Shown: positions 17,106 through 23,619 of the stretch, piece by piece
How the letters are laid out: each line of letters opens with the position of its first letter
How positions within the stretch are numbered: the stretch's first letter is position 1
IMG/VR virus record: IMGVR_UViG_3300017766_003993
Location: 1-26,527 of that record
Source of the DNA: a virus
Taxonomy: Duplodnaviria; Caudoviricetes
Reading direction: 5' to 3' (one strand)
Length of the DNA stretch: 26,527 nt
Program-made: the position numbers and the translations under genes
Notes under the pieces: model-generated
Told to the model about the DNA's origin: nothing
Seen by the model: only the letters and a program-made list of their open reading frames with translations
The model's database searches: none

Positions 17106-17181
17106 TGGTAGCGGTGGATGGAATTGAACCATCTATTTCCACCTTATGAGGGTGGCGGCCTACCGGTGGCCCACAACCGCA
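17106..17181 (-). tRNA. tRNA with CAU anticodon (Met; Ile2 not excluded), irregular acceptor stem
   Basis: CCACC-CTCATAA-GGTGG arm, T-loop TTCAATT, CCA. The acceptor stem needs a bulge and a terminal mismatch. Confidence 0.8.
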
Positions 17182-17191
17182 ATAAACTGAA

Positions 17192-17357
17192 AAGAGCGGC
17201 CGGTACTGATTTCCGGCATGAATTTATACTATAAGGAACTTGGCGACCTTCCCCATCCGCTGACGAGTTACTCCCGATCTCACGGACTATATCCGTGCGT
17301 ATTACTCTCATCGCCCCTGCCGCGCAGGGCCGCGTATCAGCCTACGCATTCGCTCTT
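17192..17357 (-). ncRNA. c4 antisense-like RNA with a 114-nt central insert
   Basis: AAGAGCG-AAT-GCGTA-GGCTGA-TACGC...GCCGG-AAATCAGTA-CCGGC-CGCTCTT matches my recollection of the phage c4 RNA scaffold. Confidence 0.7.
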
Positions 17358-17362
17358 ACGGC

Positions 17363-17463
17363 TGGTGACTGCTGCGATGCGTCCATCGCGGAGTCTCCGG
17401 AGTCGAACCGGACGTGCGCTCTGCCGTTTAGGCTTGTCGCTCGCCACCTACTCACAATCACCA
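17363..17463 (-). ncRNA. Structured RNA containing a tRNA T-arm
   Basis: 9-bp closing stem TGGTGATTG/CAGTCACCA; internal TCCGG-TTCGACT-CCGGA; no D or anticodon arm. Confidence 0.55.
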
Positions 17464-17471
17464 TGCGTAAA

Positions 17472-17613
17472 AGCATCCCGTATCGCCGGGATAACGCGCC
17501 TGAATCAGGCTTGCAGGAGTTGGACAAACCCCATCAGGTGCCGACGTTCCTCGACCTTCGGCTGCGGGTCCATCTTCCGCCCCCAATCTGGACGGCCCCG
17601 ATGGCGGGGTGCT
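17472..17613. ncRNA. Candidate multi-branched structured RNA
   Basis: Ends AGCATCCCG/CGGGGTGCT are complementary; several internal stems. Confidence 0.35.
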
Positions 17614-17616
17614 GTG

Positions 17617-17729
17617 TGGCTGAAAGCGGCGAGACTCGAACTCGCGTCATGGTCAGGGTCGTTCAGGGCATTTCCTCCCTGCTCGAATATTCCCTGATTT
17701 CCGGCTCTGCCGCCTGAGCTACGCTTTCA
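17617..17729 (-). ncRNA. tRNA-like RNA with an 8-bp acceptor stem and a 52-nt arm replacing the anticodon arm
   Basis: TGAAAGCG-TA-GCTC-AGGCGGCA-GAGC-C-[52 nt]-ATGAC-GCGAG-TTCGAGT-CTCGC-CGCTTTCA-G-CCA. Confidence 0.8.
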
Positions 17730-17732
17730 AGT

Positions 17733-17796
17733 GATGGCGTTTGAAAGATTGGTGCGGGTGGTCCACCCTCCCCACAAGCCAATATCAAACGCCATC
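17733..17796. ncRNA. Long hairpin
   Basis: Perfect 12-bp stem GATGGCGTTTGA/TCAAACGCCATC plus inner ATTGG/CCAAT. Confidence 0.5.
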
Positions 17797-17885
17797 CTTG
17801 AAAGCTCTCCGTGTTGCCGGAGAAACGCAGCTTCATCCTGTCCTATCGTCGGACTCGATGCCATTCGCGCACCGTGATTCAGCGA

Positions 17886-17950
17886 TCAGCCGGCCCTTGT
17901 GTTGCGCTTACAGCGGCATTCCGGATGCTGCTGTCACAAGGGCCGGCTGA
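17886..17950. ncRNA. Long bulged hairpin
   Basis: Perfect 16-bp stem TCAGCCGGCCCTTGTG/CACAAGGGCCGGCTGA, 8-nt bulge, 11-bp inner stem. Confidence 0.55.
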
Positions 17951-17995
17951 ACTTCTAGGGGCGTAAGCGTGTGTCCGTTTCCCTAATATGTCGCC

Positions 17996-18024
17996 AGCTT
18001 ACTGGCCTCGATTGCCGTTGTCAA
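17996..18024 (-). promoter_or_regulatory. Sigma70-type promoter for the tRNA/ncRNA unit
   Basis: TTGACA-N17-TAAGCT on the minus strand. Confidence 0.75.
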
Positions 18025-18226
18025 GCCCATTTTCACGGCGATGTCGGATTTTTGCTGCTGCCGCGATGCAGCGTGCTCGTGCCATTGCCTTCCCGGCAGT
18101 TTCGTCGAAGCGTTCGGGGTCGGCACAAGCAGAGTGACAAACGACGTGATAGCCGTTTTCGATCTCCATGCACGCCACGATGACGGTCGTCCCGGGAAAT
18201 CTGTAGTAGTTGATCTTTTCGCTCAT
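17999..18226 (-). CDS. Gp49/Gp66-like small phage protein
   Basis: MSEKINYYRFPGTTVIVACMEIENGYHVVCHSACADPERFDETAGKAMA. Confidence 0.7.
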   Translation of the reverse strand: MSEKINYYRFPGTTVIVACMEIENGYHVVCHSACADPERFDETAGKAMARARCIAAAAKIRHRRENGLDNGNRGQ

Positions 18227-18489
18227 TTGTTTTGTTTGTTCGGTATGTTGATGAACCATCCGGCGTCCAGAACGATGAACTTGCCGCCGCCGTCCCGGCA
18301 CTTGAGCAGCACCCCGCTTTCGCAGTGGCCGCCGTAGCCGACTTCCAGCACAGTGATCGGGGCGCGGAGCCGGTTGATCGGGGCTTGCCGCTCGTTGTAC
18401 CGAGGATCGAGCGCGAGGACGTGGCCCTCGCGTATCTCCTTGGCCGTTTCCCGATCATACGGCTTCGACGCCGGCAGCGCATCACTCAT
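18223..18489 (-). CDS. Hypothetical protein
   Basis: 88 aa from ATG 18489; GAGGG SD; stop overlaps the next ATG. Confidence 0.65.
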   Translation of the reverse strand: MSDALPASKPYDRETAKEIREGHVLALDPRYNERQAPINRLRAPITVLEVGYGGHCESGVLLKCRDGGGKFIVLDAGWFINIPNKQNK

Positions 18490-18490
18490 T

Positions 18491-19057
18491 TCAATCCCTC
18501 TCGACAAGGCGAAGCGTGACGGAAGATTGATTATTTGCAATAATCGTTCTTCCAATTTTCTCAACAATGCCGTCGTTGATTAGCTGTATCGCATACAGAC
18601 TGATTTTCCGACGATTGATGCCTGTTGCTTCAGCGATTCCGGCTTGAGTTTTCGGCCCGCTTTGCAGTTCCGCGATGATGGCACCGGTCACCATCTGCTT
18701 GACCGTTTTCTTGCCGTGCGAGCGCGGCGTCTTGGGTGCCCGGCGGCGCGCGGATCGGGCCTCATCCTCGGGGGACTTCGCTGCGATCAGGGCTCGAACC
18801 GGCTCGGCCAGCATAACGCAGTCGGGCCGCCCCGCCGTCGGCCTGATGTCGACCACCCCGCGCGACACGAGCACGGCGAGAGCGACCAAAACGTGTTGTT
18901 TGTTGATTTTTTGCTTTTCAGCTACCCGCTCCGCGATTCCCCCTATGGTAATGGGGCACTCGATTATCGAAAGAATGTCGATAATGTCGTCCCATTTGTC
19001 GTTTTTTGCTATCGGTTCGTCAATGCTCGTTGGCAATTTCGAGAAGGATGTCGGCAT
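18491..19057 (-). CDS. Winged-helix DNA-binding protein (two wHTH-like domains)
   Basis: PITIGGIAERV...LVSRGVV and PKTQAGIAEATGINRRKISLYAIQLINDGIVEK. Confidence 0.65.
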   Translation of the reverse strand: MPTSFSKLPTSIDEPIAKNDKWDDIIDILSIIECPITIGGIAERVAEKQKINKQHVLVALAVLVSRGVVDIRPTAGRPDCVMLAEPVRALIAAKSPEDEARSARRRAPKTPRSHGKKTVKQMVTGAIIAELQSGPKTQAGIAEATGINRRKISLYAIQLINDGIVEKIGRTIIANNQSSVTLRLVERD

Positions 19058-19316
19058 GGCATGGTTGGTTTGTGGGGCATCGGCAGGCCAGCGTCTTGCC
19101 GCGAAGCTGGCTGACGATCAATTCGCGGAACTCGGGGGTGATGCTACGCCGGAACGCCTGAAGGGCCTCGACCCGCGCCGTGGCGATGCTGGTCCTGCCC
19201 GACATCGTGCTCAACGCGGTCCTGAGGGTGTAGGGGTTCTGCCAGCGGGTGCCCCGGGAAACGTCGACGACGCCCTCGGGGCGCGGCTGGCCGACCCTGA
19301 TCTGGACTCTGTTCAT
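19020..19316 (-). CDS. DUF4326-like protein
   Basis: VDVSRGTRWQNPY...LRGKTLACRCPTNQPCHADILLEIAN. Confidence 0.75.
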   Translation of the reverse strand: MNRVQIRVGQPRPEGVVDVSRGTRWQNPYTLRTALSTMSGRTSIATARVEALQAFRRSITPEFRELIVSQLRGKTLACRCPTNQPCHADILLEIANEH

Positions 19317-19660
19317 TCTTCCCTCCGGGTGTAGCCGGCGCGGCCACGGAACGGCGTCGGGCCCTCGTGCTCCTTCGGGGTCGCGGCGCTCTGCGGGCAG
19401 TCCGTCAGAATCGGGTGCTTCTCGTTGCAGATGAAGCACGTCCCCTGCATGTCCCGGGCGAGGTTCAGCGGCTCCGGCTTGTCCCGCTTGTTCCAGTCCT
19501 GAGTCGCGTAGTGCCCAAGCGGGTGCGACTGAGAAACGCGCACCTCAGGGCCTCGGGCTCCGCAGTTATGGCAGGCGATCCACTCCCACCGCACGACATG
19601 ATCGGAGGCCCTTTCGAGGTTCTTGCTGCCGCAGAAGGGGCAGGGCAGGAGATCAGCCAC
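19313..19660 (-). CDS. Lar-family (restriction alleviation-like) zinc-finger protein
   Basis: LLPCPFCGS...IACHNCGARGP...WNKR. Confidence 0.7.
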   Translation of the reverse strand: MADLLPCPFCGSKNLERASDHVVRWEWIACHNCGARGPEVRVSQSHPLGHYATQDWNKRDKPEPLNLARDMQGTCFICNEKHPILTDCPQSAATPKEHEGPTPFRGRAGYTRREE

Positions 19661-20429
19661 GGGGCACCTCCGGCGCGGCTATGGCCGCAGCTATCTTCGT
19701 TGCGAATCGCCGGATTTCGTAGGGGGTCGGCGTGGCCTCATGCCCCCACTCGAACGCGGGGATTCCTTCAGGAGCAAGAACACCGATGATTGCATCGACA
19801 ACATTGCTCGGCGCGGCCGGCGCTGGCGGGGCGGTGTAGAGCGCAACGAGATGAATCGCGGTTCCTCTGAAAAGTCCGTTCTCTCCGATGGCATCATTGA
19901 TCCAGTCGTTGACTTCCTGCCGCGCTGCCATGCCGCCATTCGCGGCGTCTGCGCGCATGAACATGCGGATGGTGCCGTCAGTATCCGCCGCAGCCCAATA
20001 CGCCACCTCGCCGCGCTGCTCGGGCTGCGGGGCGGTGTAGAGCGGCGTCCGATCCGGCAGATCAAGGAACTTCTCGTTTGCCCACTCGATGCCGCCACGG
20101 TACTGATTGTGGGCGATGTAGCCGACCACCTCGCCGCGCCGCTCGGGCTGCGCGCGTATCCACGCAAGCACTTCGCGCAGGGACTCCGCATCGCCCGATT
20201 CCAGTTCGCAACTGTAGTCGCCGGCCTTCATCAGCACGGCAGATCGCGCGTCGAGGATCGCGGCGGCACGCTCCATCGCTGCGATGTGGTGCGGCTCAAG
20301 GCCGGCCGGCGGCGGCTGCTCGGGCTGCGCGAGGGCTTCGCGGGCCGCTGCAACAGTGCGCGGCCAAAGCCCATGTTCTTCGCACAACTCCGTCAGGTGC
20401 TGTAACGCCTCCCGCATCTTGTCGCTCAC
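19653..20429 (-). CDS. Modular accessory protein with internal repeats
   Basis: GTG start with GGAG SD; repeated QPE(Q/R)RGEV and LYTAP segments. Confidence 0.65.
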   Translation of the reverse strand: MSDKMREALQHLTELCEEHGLWPRTVAAAREALAQPEQPPPAGLEPHHIAAMERAAAILDARSAVLMKAGDYSCELESGDAESLREVLAWIRAQPERRGEVVGYIAHNQYRGGIEWANEKFLDLPDRTPLYTAPQPEQRGEVAYWAAADTDGTIRMFMRADAANGGMAARQEVNDWINDAIGENGLFRGTAIHLVALYTAPPAPAAPSNVVDAIIGVLAPEGIPAFEWGHEATPTPYEIRRFATKIAAAIAAPEVPRG

Positions 20430-20626
20430 TGGTTGTTCTCCGAGTCTTTGAGCGCCCAATCGCGCCGACGCTTTTCGATTTCGCTGTGGTCCGGTTCCGC
20501 GCTGTACGGGGCGCTCGGGGTTCGTGTTGGATTCAAACCTGCAAGTGAGCACCAATCGCACTTGTTGCAACCCCAGTGAAGGTTATCTTCCCAGATGTCG
20601 TTACTGCCGCAGTTCGGGCAACTCAC
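20426..20626 (-). CDS. Small zinc-ribbon protein
   Basis: SCPNCGSNDIW...GCNKCDW; GTGA overlaps at both ends. Confidence 0.6.
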   Translation of the reverse strand: MSCPNCGSNDIWEDNLHWGCNKCDWCSLAGLNPTRTPSAPYSAEPDHSEIEKRRRDWALKDSENNQ

Positions 20627-21021
20627 TTGAAGCCCTCCATGCTCGGGCGGACGATGAAGGCAGTTCCGACCGGGTATTTCTTGTAGAAATCTGAAATCGG
20701 AAGATCGCCCCAATCAACAAACGGGTAGCCCCCTTCTTCTGCTACCACAGCCACCGGCTCCCGCTCGCACAGGGCCCGGAGCTTGGCCTCGGCGGCTTCG
20801 GCTCGCGCCAGTGCCGCCTTGTGCGCCTCGACGTAGGTCAGCATGCCCTCGGCCGTAGTCTCAGCGATGCCGAAGAAAAGACGCTTCCACTCTTGGTCCC
20901 GCTCGTTCTCGGCCAGCAGCCGGCGGACGATCTCGGCCCCGTAGTTGTGGGCCTTGGCGTGCGGGTAGCGCATTTCGTCCAGTTCCAGCCACTTGCGCGC
21001 TTCTTCGTGTAGTTCATTCAT
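20623..21021 (-). CDS. Hypothetical protein
   Basis: 132 aa; GGAG SD; RAEAAEAKL coiled coil and an EPVA module. Confidence 0.65.
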   Translation of the reverse strand: MNELHEEARKWLELDEMRYPHAKAHNYGAEIVRRLLAENERDQEWKRLFFGIAETTAEGMLTYVEAHKAALARAEAAEAKLRALCEREPVAVVAEEGGYPFVDWGDLPISDFYKKYPVGTAFIVRPSMEGFK

Positions 21022-21245
21022 TACTTTTTCTCCAATGCTTGTTGCTGCGGCTCGAATGCACGACCGATCTCGGGCTCGTACATATTCTTGTTCAGCATGT
21101 CGTCGGTGATGGTGAATCGCTGAATCTCACCGTGACACTGAGCCTCATAGGTAAACGTGTAGTCGTGATCGTTGCGCCAGCAGGTGACTTTCTTCACCGG
21201 CACGCCGCAGACGGCACAGATGGGGTTCGGCCTTGCGCCCCTCAC
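21021..21245 (-). CDS. Hypothetical Cys-containing protein
   Basis: PICAVCGVPV...AQCHGE; probable GTG start coupled to the upstream stop. Confidence 0.55.
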   Translation of the reverse strand: MRGARPNPICAVCGVPVKKVTCWRNDHDYTFTYEAQCHGEIQRFTITDDMLNKNMYEPEIGRAFEPQQQALEKK

Positions 21246-21496
21246 GGGATCGCCACTGCCAATGCAACGGCAGCGCCCACGAGTCCGCCGACGATAAAGC
21301 ATGCAATTGACGCGATGCGTGCTTTTTCGTACTTTGCCTTGTATTCGGCTTTTTCTAATTCAGCCCATCCTAGTTTCGTGTTGATGCGATTGAGTCGATC
21401 AGCGCAGAATTTGCGCATTTCGACAGCAATTTCGAGCTTTGCTTTCAACTGCTCGTAACTGATTTCGCCATCTTTCGGCTCCATCGTGCCGCTCAC
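21242..21496 (-). CDS. Coiled-coil protein with a C-terminal transmembrane helix (paralog 2)
   Basis: Ends IASIACFIVGGLVGAAVALAVAIP. Confidence 0.6.
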   Translation of the reverse strand: MSGTMEPKDGEISYEQLKAKLEIAVEMRKFCADRLNRINTKLGWAELEKAEYKAKYEKARIASIACFIVGGLVGAAVALAVAIP

Positions 21497-21843
21497 AGGT
21501 ACACGGCCGCGAGGGCGGCGGCAGCGCCGGCCAGCACGCCGATGACCGCGCCGAACTCGGCCGCTCGGGTGGCAGTCATCCACTTGTTGAACAGGTCTTT
21601 GCTGTTCTTGTTTGCAGACTCAAGAGCTTCGAGAGTCTCCTTGTGCATGCCGATGGCGGCCTTGGTCTTTTCGAGTTGATCGGCCCAATGATTGTGGGCG
21701 TGATTCATCCTCTCGCGGTAGAAGTCGGCGGCCGACTTGGCGGCTTCCATCTTCGCCTTCATCTTCTCGTACTTCAGAGCGCGCTCCTTGATCTGCATGA
21801 GCCGCTCGCGGTCGCGCTTGCGCTTTTCTTCGATATTTCTCAC
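21493..21843 (-). CDS. Coiled-coil protein with a C-terminal transmembrane helix (paralog 1)
   Basis: GGAG SD; ends FGAVIGVLAGAAAALAAVYL. Confidence 0.65.
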   Translation of the reverse strand: MRNIEEKRKRDRERLMQIKERALKYEKMKAKMEAAKSAADFYRERMNHAHNHWADQLEKTKAAIGMHKETLEALESANKNSKDLFNKWMTATRAAEFGAVIGVLAGAAAALAAVYL

Positions 21844-22046
21844 TGCATTTCTCCGATTACTTTCGTCTTGCCGTTGGTTGCGTGACCGCTTTGGTGGAAC
21901 CATGCGCCGAACGGAAGCGTGTGGCCCGGCGGCTTGTAGCTGTCATACAGCCCGAGATAGAGCGGTTCTCCGAGGTGATTCACGACATGAATCACTTTGA
22001 GAGTGTCGCCGTCGCTGTCGATATACTGCTTGCCTACTTTGAGCAT
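21840..22046 (-). CDS. Hypothetical protein
   Basis: MLKVGKQYIDSDG...; GGAGG SD. Confidence 0.6.
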   Translation of the reverse strand: MLKVGKQYIDSDGDTLKVIHVVNHLGEPLYLGLYDSYKPPGHTLPFGAWFHQSGHATNGKTKVIGEMQ

Positions 22047-22056
22047 ACTCCCTCCG

Positions 22057-22227
22057 TCAATCTCTTGACGGATCATCCCACTCCAAGGCCCGGCCTGTCA
22101 AGCGCCTTTCTGCCTTGTGGGTGGCGCGCTTCGCGGCCTTGCCCGGGATGCCGCCGCCCTTGTTTCCGGGTCTGGCCGACCAGTATTCGTAGCCCATTTC
22201 CTTGCTGCCTTTCTTCGTTCTGCTCAT
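22057..22227 (-). CDS. Small basic hypothetical protein
   Basis: MSRTKKGSKEMGYEYWSARPGN...THKAERR; ATGA coupling. Confidence 0.6.
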   Translation of the reverse strand: MSRTKKGSKEMGYEYWSARPGNKGGGIPGKAAKRATHKAERRLTGRALEWDDPSRD

Positions 22228-22442
22228 TTCAGAATCCAGAATCCGGGAACTCGGTAGACGGTGCCCGTATCGAGATCGACTGTCTCGTATTCGGGGAGAT
22301 TGTTGATCTGGTACTCGAACCGGGGAACAACGGACGAGCGGCCACCGCACACGGCGATGGCCCCCGTCCGCTCGGCCGAGGGTGATTCCTCGATCCGGCC
22401 GTCGTCGAACAGCAGCGTGAACAACAAACAGGTGAAGAACAT
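22224..22442 (-). CDS. Hypothetical protein
   Basis: 72 aa, fills the gap in the gene chain. Confidence 0.5.
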   Translation of the reverse strand: MFFTCLLFTLLFDDGRIEESPSAERTGAIAVCGGRSSVVPRFEYQINNLPEYETVDLDTGTVYRVPGFWILK

Positions 22443-22444
22443 TA

Positions 22445-22696
22445 TTAGTTAATCTCGACTTCTCGCATCGCTTCTGCCTTCAGCAACTCGATGGCCCCGA
22501 TCAGGGCAAACACCGAAGCCCCCTGCTTGATGTCACGAGCCGTCACGACTTCACCATCGCCACTCACGATTGCGATGCTGATAGCCGAAACTCTGCCCTC
22601 GTTCGCCATCTTGATGGCTTCATTCAGCAGTTCGAGGGCCTCCAAGTTCGGGCCATTCGCCGGCTTGCCGGTGCTGATCTCAACAATCTTCGCCAT
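22445..22696 (-). CDS. Hypothetical protein
   Basis: 83 aa; GAGGA SD; LLNEAIKMANEGRVSAISIAIV...LIGAIELLK. Confidence 0.65.
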   Translation of the reverse strand: MAKIVEISTGKPANGPNLEALELLNEAIKMANEGRVSAISIAIVSGDGEVVTARDIKQGASVFALIGAIELLKAEAMREVEIN

Positions 22697-22808
22697 CTTC
22701 TTCCTCGTCGTTGTCGTTCATGGAGCCCTCATCCTCCCACCAGCAACCACGGCAGCAGTAGCCGCCGATGGTTGCCTGATTCTCACAGCCCGGGCGGAGA
22801 CAAATCAC
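22680..22808 (-). CDS. 42-aa Cys-rich acidic micro-protein
   Basis: MICLRPGCENQATIGGYCCRGCWWEDEGSMNDNDEEEDGEDC; GTG overlaps the upstream TGA; GGAGG SD. Confidence 0.5.
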   Translation of the reverse strand: MICLRPGCENQATIGGYCCRGCWWEDEGSMNDNDEEEDGEDC

Positions 22809-23293
22809 TTTTTCTTCCTCCAACCCCAAGGCGCGCAAGGCTCATTGGTGCCGAAAGTAGTAAAGACATGGTGACACCTCTTGCTGCGCTCACCGTTCTT
22901 CTTCAGTTCCCGAAGAACAGTGTCACCGGGGTTGGGCTTGTTGCTGCCGACAAAATCATCGCCTACGCGGAACAACTCCACAACGGCAATCTTGCCGGTG
23001 GCAGTTTCGCGTCTGTCCCAAGGATTGCCGGTCCTGAATTCTTCGTACACCTCGCCAATCGGCAGCAGCGCACCAAGCCCCTTCGCCGCTTCTGCATCCC
23101 GAGCATCACGGAGCGCGACCTCTGCGTCAGCCAGATTCTTCGTGACGCGATCCCATTCCTCCCGATACTTCTCGTGGATTTGGCGCTTCAGCTTGTCCAC
23201 TTCTTCCGAGATTTCGTCGAAACGCTTGTCGCGCACCTTGTCGCGCGCCATCTTGGCCGCTGCGAGGCTGTTCTCTAGTTCCTTGATGTTCAT
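22805..23293 (-). CDS. Hypothetical protein with an N-terminal coiled coil
   Basis: 162 aa; ATGA coupling. Confidence 0.65.
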   Translation of the reverse strand: MNIKELENSLAAAKMARDKVRDKRFDEISEEVDKLKRQIHEKYREEWDRVTKNLADAEVALRDARDAEAAKGLGALLPIGEVYEEFRTGNPWDRRETATGKIAVVELFRVGDDFVGSNKPNPGDTVLRELKKNGERSKRCHHVFTTFGTNEPCAPWGWRKKK

Positions 23294-23619
23294 TCGATGA
23301 TCTCGATTACTCGGAATACTCTCTTGCGGGCGCTGCCGGGGAAGCAGTTATCCGCGTCTGCCTTGCTCGTGTGAATCGTCAGGTCGTTGTCGGAATACTC
23401 ATTGACCCAAAACTCGCGCGGCTCTCTGAACTCCGCGATGAGGTCTGGCGCGAGCCCGCCGTCAGACCCTCCATCCTCGTTGTACCAGATGACGTTGCTC
23501 GCCAGATTCTTTCTCACGCCAACATATGGAAAATCTTTCGAGAAAGATTCCTCCTTGGCAAGAATCTTGACGTTGGGGCCGTGCTCTGCCTTGTACCACT
23601 TTCCTACTTCGATCTTCAT
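23290..23619 (-). CDS. Hypothetical protein
   Basis: MKIEVGKWYKAEHG...DLIAEFREPREFWVNEY; AGGAG SD; TAATG coupling. Confidence 0.7.
   Translation of the reverse strand: MKIEVGKWYKAEHGPNVKILAKEESFSKDFPYVGVRKNLASNVIWYNEDGGSDGGLAPDLIAEFREPREFWVNEYSDNDLTIHTSKADADNCFPGSARKRVFRVIEIIE

Noticed and set aside
17218-17950. ORFs 17218-17697, 17295-17717, 17342-17527 and 17741-17950
   Set aside because: No SD or recognisable motifs, and they overlap clear structured RNA elements.
17192-17950. Hammerhead or other small self-cleaving ribozyme
   Set aside because: I found no CUGANGA/GAAA core in a suitable stem context by eye; a covariance search is needed to exclude other classes.
22072-22101. Possible internal leftward promoter TTGACA-N18-GATGAT
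   Set aside because: Weak -10, non-optimal spacing and inside a CDS; not enough support.
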